This document shows positions 51,301 through 64,000 of a stretch of 64,000 nt of DNA, in pieces; position 1 is the stretch's first letter, and every line of letters begins with the position of its first letter. The position numbers and the translations under genes were made by a program. Source of the DNA: Catajapyx aquilonaris (lineage: Eukaryota); NCBI GenBank assembly GCA_000934665.2, contig JYFJ02000049.1, forward strand, positions 124,001-188,000. The letters run 5' to 3'. The notes beneath the pieces were generated by a model that saw only the letters and a program-made list of their open reading frames with translations, did no database searches and was not told the DNA's origin.

Positions 51301-54300
51301 ATCCAGCCGAAATCGTACTCTTTTTTTGGGGCGGTGTGGCAATTTAGACTCGTCGAAATTTTCAATGCTGGGCACCAAGCGGAAAAATTTTAATCGCCTC
51401 TATTACCAGCCGCATTGTCAATTTACGAGCACCCCTCCCAAATCACGGCCCAACCAAATGAACCCATTTTGTGCCATTCCGATCACAATCGCCAACTATT
51501 GCTGTTACCTAGACTGCTTGAGAGCAGTCAGCCGCATCAGAATTTCTTCACTCCATTGTTGGACTGTACACTGTCATTGAATCCTAGAGAAAATTTTCCT
51601 CTCAGAGTCAGCCATATAATTGCACCCATTATTCCAAACTAGATAGTTGGCAAGCAATCGCAATTAGAGGAGGCCCACCTCGTTTGTCAAAAAGACTTTC
51701 TCTCCGACTTGTGTGCCGGATCAACTTTTAAGCTGCCACTAATGGGACCGTAATGAAAAGATGGAATGAATGATGAAAAGCTGATTGGAAGGCGGCACAC
51801 CTTTGGGAGATGGAAAGCGAGGCTGGATTTCCTCTGCTCGCTTCCTTGCCCGGATCCATGCTTATGTTACATCAGAGAGACGAAAAAAAAAAGGAGGAAA
51901 GAGATAGTCCCAGCATGCCAGCAGGCAGCAGCGAGAAAGACCTCAGCAGCCACCATTCCTCTGAGGTGAAACGCAGCAGCGCGTGTATCCAATAATCAGG
52001 CGAGCAAGTCATGCGTCTCTTTCCATCCCGGGCATGGAGATGGCTCTATGCTGTGCCAATGACTCTGCCACGGAAGGAAGGAAAACCTCCTTCAGACAGC
52101 AGCATCTACAGTTGCCGAGCGCCTTCCTGATCCCCGATCTCCTCAGATTCCTTTTATCGATTCCCAATGAAAATATAAATCGCTCTCATCTCCTGTTGGG
52201 AAATTTCCTTATCCGATGAGGGCGGTGCCGGCGGGATTTGCCCAATTCCTCCTGGTTTCTTCCTCGTATAGCTCCTCTATTTTTCTCTCTCTTCTTCAGA
52301 CTATGTGTAGCGTGTCTGCAGTGCACGGAAGGGGACGGACTTCATTCGTGAAAACCACCGTCGCAGCAGCAGCAGCACTTGTGCTTGGCTCGCCAGACCG
52401 GGAGGATTTTCCACTCGGAAATGTTCCCAAACTCTATAGGCTCCGACGTCGAGTTTGGTGACCACGGTCTCCGGTTCCACGGACAGGAAACTCCGGCTAA
52501 AAAGCCCTCCGAGGCTCAGATAATGCTCGCACTCGAACACTAAGCAGCCTAAGCAATAATCCCACCAGGGTAGGAGAAAAAAACTTGCATAACCAACGGC
52601 ATGCATGGACTGCATAGCCGGTTATAGTCTAAAGCGCGCGTATAATAAAACTATTATGCGGGGTGAATCCCTCGTCGCCAATGTGATACTTTTTAAGCAG
52701 GTATGCCACGCAATAACTTAATCACGATGAATGTTCCGCTGGGTCGTCTCTATCGGATCACATTTTATGGAATACTACTGACACTGACTACTTTAAATTA
52801 TTACCAGTAGCTAAATACTGCCAAGAGAGCAATTTTCAAATGCGGCGGACTTTTTTCTACAATTTTAGTACATTGTCGTGTATATGATAAAGGCAATACC
52901 AGTATGATAAAAGCTTTCTTACGTCCCGTCGTAAACGAGCGTTGTGACGAATCCCATTACAGTTATGAGGTCATCAACTAATGGCAAGGAGAAATAACAA
53001 AATAAACGACTAAAATCTAGCACGTTACAGAAGCTCGGCTGTCTGCGCTAATACATTAACGTGCCCAGGAGAGTGTGAGAAAAAAAGTGCATTTAATCTT
53101 CCCGAGGCAGATCATTTTAGGCTGAAGAATATATTCACCTCACATTCTGGTGTATGAAAAAGTACGCAATCGATCATAATTTAACCTGCAAAGTACCACC
53201 TATACTGACTTTACATTTATTTTAATTGGGCCAATTACTCTCCAATATTACAATTAAGCATTGTCAAGTGTAGATGAACAACAAAGGTTCCAACCAATTA
53301 CTCCAAATTACAGTATCAGCTGCTTCTACCTTGCCTCGAATATACAATAGCTCGGATACTGTAATGCGCAAGAAAAATCTTTTGAACTACAAGCCGTAAT
53401 AAGCTGTTCAACCAAGCAGAGCCCTCGTCAAAGAAACTATTTCAGATAGGATACAATATGTCGAGACAAGCATCCCAGCAGTCGGTGTCGCCCAAGAGGG
53501 TTGCGACTGAAATCGACAACTGAAATCTCCAATACACAGTCTCTGAAGCGCACACAATTCGCAGAATAATGCCGCAATATGTTCCAAGTGCCTTAGCCCG
53601 AACATGAGGGTAGACAGGGTGAGCCAAAACTTCAGATCATCCAAACGCCTAATTGGCTCAAAACGAATCTGAAATGAAGGCGTGTGAAAAATGTCAAATA
53701 CGTTATGTTCATAGTCAGCTAAGTCGTTACAGGTTGGTATCTCGACATGTTTTGGGCCAACTGGTTTCTGGATGACCTGCGGTTCTGACTCCCCCTGTAC
53801 AAGCCCATGGGTTGCATCGTGGTCCAGGCACGCATCGAGGGCATCCTTTTCCCAGATTGGGCGACCATGCTGGATGTGAAGAGTGGGGAGAACGAGGGAG
53901 GAGGACCCCCGAATAAGAGAGTTTTGGGGGGGCCAGCACAGTGTATAGAAAGTGAAGAACAATCGATGGCAAGTGGGTGCGGAGTAGAGAACGACGTCCG
54001 GTCCTGACTCATCACCAATCTGGCCCCTGCTGGGGATGCAGGACAATCGGAAGAGGAACCCCTCCCCTCCCATCCCCAAACGACGCCCTTTATGTTGCGT
54101 CCCCACCCCTGCCCAGGAATTACCCTTTGCACCGAGCCGATTCATTTAGTTACCTTAATCACTACCTTCAGCAGATGTTGGATTCTCCCTCTTATATCGC
54201 TCCGATGTTTTTCGCATGGACATCGATTACTATTTTTTTTATCGCTCGGGCTGTGGAAGTACAGGGGACAAACCCACAGGGCTGATCTGCTCTCATGAGA

Positions 54301-57300
54301 ATTAAGGTGGATATGAAGAAAAACTGTTATCTAGGAAATTGTATAATGAAAATGTCTTCTTTTCAAAGGCCCCAAAAAGTGACAATTTTCAGGTAGGTAT
54401 TAAAATAATACTGTCATAATTGGCATACAAATCTCCACAAATTTAGGGGAAGAACAAAAACAATCATATTTACATTTCAATATTCTCATACATGCAATAT
54501 ACAGAAAGCACTTCCCCTACTATTGAAGCGGCCTGACATTACATTAAGGCAGAATGAAAAATAGATAGCCATAAATCGTGTCAATATCCATGGATTACCA
54601 TGTTTTTGGTCATTCATATGACGTTTGGGTGACCCCTGTTTGGAGTCCCTGCATATATTAATCGAATATATCGATTGGGACTTCATAATCCCGGACCACA
54701 AAATACAATATTGTTGAAAGAACGGCGTGTATGAAATTTGGATAATTATTTATCTCTGATGTTCCGAGATTGACATGCGCCATGTTCCGGTTGATAAAAC
54801 GATCATTCACATCCAATAGCAATGCAGAGGTGAATTGGGTGTTCTTGCTCACAAAAACCCCTCAGGTGACACCAGTGTTTGACATTCTTCTACTGCCAGT
54901 TGCATCACGAAAAATTAAGAGAAAGTCTCTGATTGTGCACGTGGAAATAAGTGTGCATAATCAGAAATAACTTGCATTAATTAAATAAGCCTAAGGCTTA
55001 CTTTATGAACTGACATTAAAGAAAATCTCCGATTTTACATTATCAATTTACATACCGCAGGCCTGTCTGCTAATTTTCGTTCGCACAACTGGGCCCAAAC
55101 ATATTACACGTTATCATGCTGCACACATCCCGGGACCTAAACTAATTCCAGCCCATTTTCCAAACTAGCCCTGCCAGGCACTAATCTATTACCCATAAAG
55201 TCTCGCCTCTCATGCGGTCTGGTAGTTGGCAGTGCAAATGCTAAAAACGTGTTTCAGGTAACAATGCCGTTGAATATAAACTCCAAGTCATTCAATACGT
55301 ATTCAGCGGGGTTAAAGGGCTAATTCTAGGTTCAATAGCCTGTTTTGATTTCGTCGGATGGGTGCCCCTCCAACAACAATGGACGGAATCAGCTCATCTG
55401 CAACACTGTTTTTCGAAATTGCACTTTGGCATTTAGCGATAGAAATTCAGACTTCTCCTATTCGAATGATGATGTTAAATTGGTTTTTAATTTCCTCTCC
55501 GGCTCCGGTTAACGCATTGCGTAATCCTCACTGTTAATAACTGTCACTAGATGAAATGCGGTTTCACCTATTACACATATCCCCAACCATATGGCCACGA
55601 CAGAAATCATCACAACTTTAGTGACGATTGTTAAAAACTTAATAAAGTGGCGGTTTGAGCTTCCGCATGAAAAGCTCATGTCGGTGCAGTTGAATCTCTT
55701 CAATCAACCGTCACCCCCCNCCCTGCCATCCCCCCCCCACAGTCCCGCACACAAACCAGACCCTCCTGCACTCAATATGCAATGCTAATTTACTGTCACA
55801 TGCATACGACCTACCAGTTCGGGACAAACATTGGCACTGATGGTATAAAGTTGTATTAATCATTCACCATCAGAGAGAAACCCCAGGGATTGCCAATGAT
55901 AATACTCTCAATCTGCCTGTGCGGTTCATTATTACCGACAGAACAAAAAAATATACTATATTCCGATTCGCCTGCTGGGCACATCCATTTCGCAATCGCT
56001 GTTCAGCTGTGTCTCTATTGAACAGCACACATAGATGAAAAAAAATGGAGCACGTATTATGTCTGATATCACGATCGGCTTTGGTCTGCTTGGGTCCTGA
56101 TGCTCATTTCGGGCAGAGTCCCCCGCATCAAAATTCATGAACCACATTACAGCTGGCGGAATCCGAGGACTTCCTTCAGCCAGCACCAGCAGAGATCTAG
56201 GAAGTCTAATGGACCGACACCGAACACCGGGACTTGGGAAATTTTATTCCATTTCGGTCTCGAATACACGGGGAGTGAGAGAGCGAAACCTCTCCATGAG
56301 TTGCTTGTAAGTGCGCATAGAATTTCCGGAACTGGTCTCGGAGAGCCTGCAATTACAAGAGCTTCCGGCGAACCGATATATACGAAGAAAATGGAGCGAC
56401 ATCATGAGCGCAATTCCACAGGTGGTGGAATGACCCTGCAGAATATATGCGTCAGGCATTGATTTCCTTTACAACTTCCGCTGGTGGAAAAGGTGAAAGA
56501 CAACTCTCTCTCTGTCGGGAGTCGAACTATATAGTAAGGAGGCAAAAAGGAAGATAGAGAGAGAAAAAAATGTGCAGGCGTCAGCAAGATCAGATTTTGG
56601 GATGTGATCCAGCCCTTTTAGGCAGTCAAGAATATCCTTTCGCTGCGTCCAAAGAATGGTGCTTTTTTTCTGCCCCGTCTCTTCCATGGAGGCGGAAGCC
56701 AGACTACCGTAGCTCTATGATCAAACATAACGGGGCTTGAAGATCATCTTTGACGTAAGATCAATACCAGCAGGCACAGGCACAAGGGTTACTGAAATAG
56801 AGCAGTTGTCCTCTTCATCTCCTTAGAGAGAAAATGTGTGAGAAAAACCCAGATGGATACTGTCAGACCCAGTAAACATACGATAGGGGCTATTAATGTA
56901 GTTTTTAATGGATGGACAAAAAATGGTACTTATGTGGATATTTTCTGCCACAAAAAATGTAGCCATACATAAGCAACATACAGTATATGAACTTCTGATA
57001 AAACTGAGGGGGAAGATATACTGTGAATTTACCTACATGATAAAATTCACTTTTCCAATATCTCGGCTCACTGCTTCTATTGGTCATTTGCCCGAGGCAA
57101 AAAATATGCATTACGCAGCTTCAAACCGCGATTATTGTGGTACAGGCAGCTCCAACATGACAAAAAGTGCATATTTTGCTTTTCCCTTGGGAGAGCACAC
57201 CACAACCCCACATGTAAGCATCGTACTTTGCCCGAAAGCAGCAATACACGTAATTAATTTCAGAGCTGGATGTCAGCTCCCGTGTCTCGGCATCGGACAC

Positions 57301-60300
57301 ACGTGTGGTACAGTGCAATTTCGCAAGTAATAGCTGCACTGCAGCATTTTTTTAAAAAGGCTGTGCCGACATCATGCTTGAGATCCCACGATATACTGAA
57401 AATTCTCCAGCGCTCAAGCTTCATATAAACGTCATGAACGTGCGTTACAAACGACAGCAAAGCCTTATTTTGGTGAAGTCTGAAGGAGAGGAGAAGCTGA
57501 GAAACTGCGTGCAGCGAGTGGCGATTATGGCTCGTGTGCTGCTTGCCTGTGCCGTCGGGAGGCTTCATAAACAAGACGCGATGGAGCGTGGAACTAAACA
57601 CGCATCCATTGTGATGAATAGGACCGGGGGCCCACCATCAAAGCCGCCCACTCCGCAGCACCGGAGCGGAACCCACCCACCCCTACACTGCCTGCCTCCA
57701 TTCGCAGCACCATCAGCAGCGGGACTTCTACCTTTCATTGTGTGTCCCACTGGCTCTCTGTTCTCTTCGTCTCAAAATATCCGCCGACTCACTTTTGCAC
57801 TCTCAGAGAAGTCTATTCACGCGTTTAATGGAAGTGGCCCTACCGGCAGTTTCCGTTGTCTGAATTAGTACTTGTCGTGATCGGTTTATGATTCTCCTGC
57901 TGTGCAAGGTGAGGTACAATAGTACAGCCAACTCTCCAGGCAGTTATTTCAAAGAGTATGGAATAAACAAGAGGTACAGGTATGATGAATAAGATGAAAG
58001 CGGCTGGCAAACTCGGTACGCGTCATTAGGAAGTCACTTTGGCTGGGTGTACACAACAGAGCATGTACTGTATCGGCATCATTCTGGCAGTGATTAAAAT
58101 TCTGACTTCCCAGCCAACCACACCACCAATCATTCTCATTAAATGAAAGCTATTTCTGGAATTCAAACTCAGTTCAAGCGTGTAAAAAATTAAAAAGTTT
58201 GAATAACGCACTAATCACACGTCCCCCCGTGTCACGGACAGGCTCACAATACGGCGACCCTCTTCTTCAGTATACATACTGCATGTGAACGACCCCTGAC
58301 AGGGGCTGCCTCACCTTATACAAGCACTGGCACTATTCACCGAACCAAAAGCCGTGAAGAGTATATCGAACAGCATATTTTACCACAGGCAAACCCGCAG
58401 GTCCGCGATACACTAGCGCACTACAAGCGACCCTCGGAATCGATTAATGGAATTATGTAGATCACGCTAAAATCTGATGAGTACAGCAAGTGGTTCTCCA
58501 TACCCTGCATACTTTTTTTCCCCGCTGCAAACCAATACACCAGTAATCCCTACTTGGCGTGGGTACTCCAACTCCTTCAACAACGAAGATTCTCTGCAAA
58601 TAGTACGATGTCACTTTTTTTAAATTAAGCAGAGGAAGTCGGACCATGATGCATGCATGTGTGGTGCAACAAGCCAGAGGAGATGAAGAGAAGTAGACAG
58701 GCAGCGGGGTTGGAGTAAAGGCACGTGTCCTGGCCCCCCTCTTGGAATAAACAGGGGTGGGTTCCCTAATGGCAGAAGAGGGAAGGGAAAAGATCTCTCC
58801 TCGAGAAAAGAGAGCGCACGCCAGGAAAGCTGATGGCCAAATCATGAGGTGCTGTTGGAGATGGCCACGTTTCAGGAAACGGCCCAGCTAACCGCCAGTC
58901 TCTTTTTCCCACAAGGGGCCATACCACTGCCAGCCACCCAAAACTTCACACTTTTCAACCCAGGAAAATTCATTTTCGCACTCTTTTTTCTTTTCTCTTC
59001 TCCCTTCACTTCGACGCCACGGCACGGCGGCAAACCTGGTGCTAAACTTCCCCGGGTCGGAGACACGAGAAGAATTTGCAAAGCGGAGAACGCCTGTTAT
59101 TTCACCTCGTCTCTGGAGCTCACTTCCTACATATTTGGAAGCAACTTTGGAATGTCTCACACGTAAAAGCATAACTGAACAGGGCTTTCACCTTCAAATT
59201 CAAACATTTTAGCAAACAACGAGTTACCGGTACCACCCAGGATAGATCATGCAACCCCTGTGCACCTATAGCTGTACGGTCTATTCTGGGCCAGGTTTTA
59301 CGATGTCAGTAGTAAAAGCAAGCAGCTAGTAGCCCGTGGGGTTCCCAGAACGGGCAGATCCAATAGCCTTTCTGGAATCGTCTCCCAGCGGTGCGTGCTG
59401 GAGGAGAAAACCAACAGAAGCACTTCCAACAGCAATTTCCTTTGTCAAGAGCCTTCGGAGGCGATTAACATTTCCTGTAGCATGACGTGCCTCCGCCAAA
59501 AGGCCGTCTTTACTGGTCAAATTACGACACCTATCAACCATTCATGGGCGTGTTGTCAAATCCCCTCCGCGTCGTTTAAGCGGGAAACGCGGCTGATTAT
59601 GCTTCACACCTCGCATCACACTTGAATCGTTACTCGCAGATTCGCCCGGTCGTTTATAGGTCATTTTCATTATCCCCCGCATAGGGACATGTTGGCTCAA
59701 CCCAGTGCGTTATGAAAAACCGGGCTCATTGACAACCCAGCGCGTGTTGGTGCGTCCAAGTCAGCGTCGCAGGCTGTTTGCAACCCAGCGTACCCAGTAA
59801 AAGGAAATTGGCCCGAGGAGGCAGCCTCCCCAAAATGCAGTCAAAAGCCGTTCACCTGGTTATTTATTGAGCCACCAGCAGAAAAGCCCCCCAATGCGCC
59901 TTCTATCCTGCTGCAGGCATTCCACCAGCAAACCAGATAATCAGCCGAGCGGTATGGTTGCGATGGGACCCTTGTTTCATTACCGTCCGCTCTCTTTAAA
60001 ACATTTTTTTTTACCCCTACTAGTTTGCCCCCAGTGCGTTCCCAATCGACTCGTGCCAATGCCAAGAGTTCATTTAGGACGGATATACTTCAGTGGAAAA
60101 GCGGGCAAGTAACTATGGGGGAGGCGGGCCATGGACGAATGCTGCCAGCAGAAAAGGACTTTGGACCCGCTCGCTCGATAGCAATGCCCGGAAACGCCTC
60201 AATTTGCTGACAGTCACTGCAACCAAAAGATAGTGAGGGTACAAATTTAAATTAGGACGGCGCACAACTTTCCGAGAGTGGCCTGGGGCTTGCAATCACC

Positions 60301-63014
60301 CTGCGTGCGAGATGACCCAAAATAGTCCAATGAAGTTGGTATCGGAGGGCTACTGGATTTATGAATCATGCTCAAGGGAGGTAGCATCTAACTCAGGAGT
60401 GCACATGGTTTTACACAGAGATGTGATAATAGCAGATGAAAATACTTGGCAATATCTGCGCTTCTGCATTTCTCCTAGTCCTGCTTCCCGAAAATTTTCA
60501 GCTCGGTTCTGTTCATTTTCGCCTAGCAAGATGCTAACATAACTAATGTGACGGCTGGCAGAACCTCCGCTGGATATTAAAAGAGGAGTGCAAAAAAAAA
60601 CCTTTGGCATCAATATGTTTACATCTCTCTCCACTCAAATTCCCATTTCAGGAGCAGCTGCAGCGACAGATGTAGCGTGCAATATTTTGTGAAGCTCCCA
60701 AAAAACGCATGCATGAGAGGGCAGCAGGGCTGGATGGGTGGAAACGCCCGGCACATTTTCTTCCAATATCTGGATTTTCCTCCAAGCAGGAAAAGAAAAG
60801 GAGTGAGGATGCGCCTCGGACTCGCCTCCAGAAATGATCGCTTCAAAAACATTTCATTCTCCAGTAAACTTTTTCTGAGGGGGTGGGGCGTCCAGTATAT
60901 GGATTTCCCTGCCGGTGGTCTGCTCGAAGTATGAAAGAAAAATTGTATTTATCTTATCGAAGGAGCCCGCTTCCAAGAGAGAATGCCGGTGGAGTATTCA
61001 ACAAAGCAAACTAGGGGAAAAGGAACGAGGCCCCACCAGCGTCAATCTTCCTTCTTCCCGACTGCATTCTGAAGGTGAAGCTGCCGCAAAGTGGAGACAT
61101 TTTCAAAAGACCCATTTGAGTGACGCGACCGCGCATATCTGCACTTATTTTGGCCTGCGTTCCCCTGAGAAAAGAAAGCGGGTTATAAGAAGAAGAAAAA
61201 AAAAAACTGAAAAACCATTTTGTTCGCTTCAGAAATTCCGGCTCAAAGTCCCCCCCACCAAACGTGATCAATATCTCATTACTGGACTCTTAAAAGCAAC
61301 GTCACATCCGAAAACAAATGTAAGCTAGAAGCAGGGAAAAACAATTCCGGCAAGGCGACAGGGGATTGACTTATCACTGAGACGATAAGAAGGAAATCTA
61401 CATTCATTTGTCACAAGTGAAATGGTTTTCCAAACAACTACTCTGCAGCTGGAACTTGATTTATTTTCTAAAACATGACGTTATCTATTTATACCCGTCG
61501 TTTGGCTTGTCAAATCTGCTGAAAGATCACGCGACTAGAGTTGAAGGCTGGTATTGAATCGGCCTCAGTAGTAGGCGGAAAAAGAAGCACGGAATGAGCA
61601 AATGGTTTTTCCCGAAGGCAACAAAAAAAAGAAGCATCCGAAATCTTGGGAAGGACACCCCGTGAAAATCAAAGCTAAGAACTTTTATCTGCACGTGACA
61701 AGTGTACCCAAAGCTCGATAGCACAGCACCGTCGCCTACAAATTATCATCCCTTCCACGTTTATGACTTTCGGTGGCAAGATGGTTTATTTGGGATAGTC
61801 CCCTCGCTTTACCGACACGGGTGCTGATTTCCCCCTACCCAGAAAGAAATATCCGCCCGCAGTACATAACTCCAGCCGGGTATAAATATGAACGCAAAAA
61901 GTTGGACGTAATGGCCCTACATTTCACGTACTGTAGAGGCTGGCTTCTAAAATTAATAACCTTCTGTTGCTGGGAAGTATGATAAGAGTCGAATTCATGG
62001 CCACACTGCGGCAACAGTCACGCGGATAAATGGGAGGCCTAGTTGGCAATCTTTCTCTTAAAGAGGAACTATTAATGTGCTCGTGCAGTTTCCTCCCGCG
62101 CGAGTTAATGATCTCCCATTGCGAAGTTGGGTCTAGGGTGTGTACCTCTCGACCCGATACTAGGTTGCAAAGATGAGGTCGAATTTAAGAAACCCAATGT
62201 CGCGACAATGTCTGATAGTACACTTTGTCACCAAGGATGTACAGTACAGGCATCGTATAGGTACAGGTATACATACAAGTACAAGTATCCCACAAAACTA
62301 TAGGCCTACTGTGCAACACACAGTGACTAGTGTGAAAAATGCAATAGTATTACCCATGCTGTAGTACTTCCACGTGCCACTAATAATTGGGCATTTGTTA
62401 TGGAATAATACATGCTACAATCTATACACTGCACATTCCGCTGGAAGAGTGCTGATGGGGAGAAGTTGATCAAATTACTGATACAGCAGCGAGAAGACGC
62501 CTCTGCAGTAATTCCCTCCTCATGGAATTATCGGCCTGTAGGGCCAAGGAGGTCAGATAACCTCATCGAGCAAAAAGGCGTCTGTCGAATACTCCTTTGG
62601 CCAAACATCATTGCGGAGACACTGTCTTTATTACATGTGAGGCATGTCCCGTTGGTAGTGGAACTCATATGGCATACCAAAGAAAGAATGTCCCCACAAT
62701 ACAATTCGCCCATTGAAATTAGCGAATTTTGGCCAATTAATCTGCCAATTAATAAGCAGCTACTTTTGGCTGTTATTAACATATCAGCTGTTAACATTAC
62801 ATTTACATATTTAAGTACATAACTAATGAGAAATTCCTTGCAATTCAGGTGCGTCCAAAGTAATATTATCAGAGCTCTAATATTTCAGACACCTGTATGG
62901 TGTAACCATGGAAGTGCCATAAAATCGCCAGCAGATGCACGAAACATGTGCCCCACCCACAGTGATGTACACATTCTTTAAGAATGCAGCAAGCAAACTA
63001 TGGAAGGAACTCAC

Positions 63015-63413
63015 TCTGGCCCCCAGCTGTTCGACGGCCCTAGCCTGCCTCTCCATCTGAGTGTGCAGACCGGCCATCTTGAGCAGCAGAGACCTCTCTC
63101 TGTGTCCATAGCTGGCGGCCAGCTCTCGCAGGTGACTCTGCAGCAGAGCGATCTGTTGTTGCTGGCACTGCACGAAGGTCTGCAGGACCCGCAGGCAGTT
63201 GTGGTCAGCCGGGTTGCGCTCCACCAGCTCCAGCCCGTAGGGGTAGCTGGCCACCGCAGCCACAGACGGGCCCAGAGCTCCCGGGGTCGTCTGGCAGGCT
63301 GACCCACACGATGACCCAACACCACCGGCCACCGATGAAGGCCACTCGCTGGGGCCCAGGCTGGCCGGACGGACCATGCCCTTGCCAAGGGTGTTGCTTG
63401 TCGACGACGCCAT
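63015..63413 (-). CDS. PDZRN3: Coding exon (133 codons from the ATG) of a PDZRN3/PDZRN4 (LNX3/4, Slip1)-like gene: low-complexity N-terminus, TRAF-type Zn-finger remnant, coiled coil. Partial gene; no PDZ exons found in the window.
   Basis: Seen: open frame with many G/C-ending codons (CTG GAG CTG GTG GAG CGC AAC CCG…), ATG in GAGATGG context at 63413, and donor AGA|GTGAGT (GT at 63014-63013, phase 0), after which the ORF loses its codon bias. The peptide HNCLRVLQTFVQCQQQQIALLQSHLRELAASYGHRERSLLLKMAGLHTQMERQA aligns without gaps to my recollection of human PDZRN3 [54 protein letters not shown]. The GLE-x8-HNC part also resembles RNF41, but GHRERSLL favours PDZRN3/4. The symbol is family-level and unverified by search. 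Confidence 0.7.
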
Positions 63414-63477
63414 CTCACAGATACCACCACTCCAACTACTGCCTAGGGTCACTGCGAGTGTACGGAGTGTAAGGTCA
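63414..63477 (-). other. Candidate 3' splice site and 5' part of the PDZRN-like exon (exon would start at 63451)
   Basis: The minus strand reads TGACCTTACACTCCGTACACTCGCAG|TGACCCTAGG: a branch-like TGAC, a pyrimidine-rich stretch, and AG at 63453-63452. 63451-63414 is either 5' UTR or in-frame coding sequence joined in phase 1 to an upstream exon. Confidence 0.45.
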
Positions 63478-64000
63478 CTACGGTACGGTATTAAATTTTT
63501 CAGTACTGGTTGTGATCATTTACGTGCAAATTTCAGAGGTAAAATCGACCGACTCTTGCAAAGGCAGCTTTAGGCAGAATAGATTATACTGTATATGTAA
63601 GTCAAATCCCCGCTCGAGACAAAGGGTGCATACATTTGGAATCAGTTAACCCCTAACTCCGTAATGCTTCCTAAAGCTTCATAACACCTGCTATAATACA
63701 TTCAGGCTTAGAATTATAGCACCGACGTCACACCTCTACTTGTTAGTTACATTGCCAATATTCATTGCGAGGTCATTGCTAGCAACCGACAATTAATATC
63801 CTAAGTTCACAACTACTTGTATACGTGCAGTACGTGGGCATTACTGGTACTTTTGTTGCAATTAGGGTGGTGCCATTCTAATTGCTGACTTGATAAATCT
63901 ATCACATATGATTACAAATTCAAGTTGCCTCAATTAGTGCCCGTAGAGTTGTGAATCAATATTTCAATCTTCCTACTCGTTCTCGCCAGCTCATTAACCT

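Larger units (their letters stand above)
1..63014 (-). other. Long intronic region of the PDZRN-like gene, possibly split by a 66-nt exon and a recursive splice site
   Basis: Starts at the GTGAGT donor at 63014. No recognisable protein domain was found in any supplied ORF across ~63 kb, and the strongest splice signals I found inside it are on the same strand. Vertebrate PDZRN3/4 genes are known to have very long introns. That the gene spans the whole window is inference. Confidence 0.6.

Noticed and set aside
53408..54145. 245-aa minus-strand ORF
   Set aside because: No recognisable motif, no clear splice signals, random-looking composition. A homology search could still overturn this.
55720..55720. 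Ambiguous base N in a C run
   Set aside because: Sequencing or assembly ambiguity, not a biological feature.
58227..58305. Two short palindromes, CCGTG-T-CACGG and CCCCTG-A-CAGGGG
   Set aside because: Too short to distinguish from chance, and no Helitron-type CTRR end was identified.
62877..63014. C-terminal part of the 191-aa ORF (VSSFHSLL…CLKY)
   Set aside because: It lies beyond the GTGAGT donor and loses the codon bias, so it is best read as intron read-through.
63225..63275. Alternative frame reading GPVCGCGGQLPL, which might suggest a frameshifted zinc finger
   Set aside because: It is explained by shifted Ala/Val codons; the main frame keeps its G/C-ending codons throughout and the Cys spacing does not fit.
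1..64000. Prokaryotic systems (CRISPR arrays, defence operons), tRNA, rRNA, or intact transposase or reverse-transcriptase ORFs
   Set aside because: No repeat-spacer array, operon structure or diagnostic motif was seen; the sequence reads as eukaryotic and mostly intronic.

Overview
Eukaryotic, metazoan-type genomic DNA, probably from an invertebrate: moderate GC, CpG visibly common, microsatellites present, and no operons, rRNA, tRNA or CRISPR seen. Almost all ORFs in the supplied track look spurious. The one convincing coding segment is a minus-strand exon near the right end (about 63015-63451, ATG at 63413). It encodes a Ser/Gly/Ala-rich N-terminus, a degenerate TRAF-type zinc-finger remnant (…YGLE…HNC) and a coiled coil carrying the G-x-RE-x-SL motif I recall from PDZRN3/PDZRN4 (LNX3/4, Slip1-like) proteins. 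It ends at a phase-0 GTGAGT donor. The remaining ~63 kb reads as long intronic sequence of this gene. On the same strand it contains a candidate frame-preserving 66-nt exon (38652-38717) and a consensus recursive-splicing site (branch point, pyrimidine tract, CAG|GTAAG at 13638/13637) followed by a 32-nt cryptic exon. These two elements would cut the intron into two segments of about 24-25 kb. Also present are a piggyBac-type MITE, a tiny Tc1/mariner-type element, microsatellites, a CTCF core motif, an Exd/Pbx-Hox site cluster beside a Ci/Gli site, and a promoter-like module (NRF1, two CCAAT boxes, RFX X-box). Family assignments come from remembered sequences and motifs, not from database searches.
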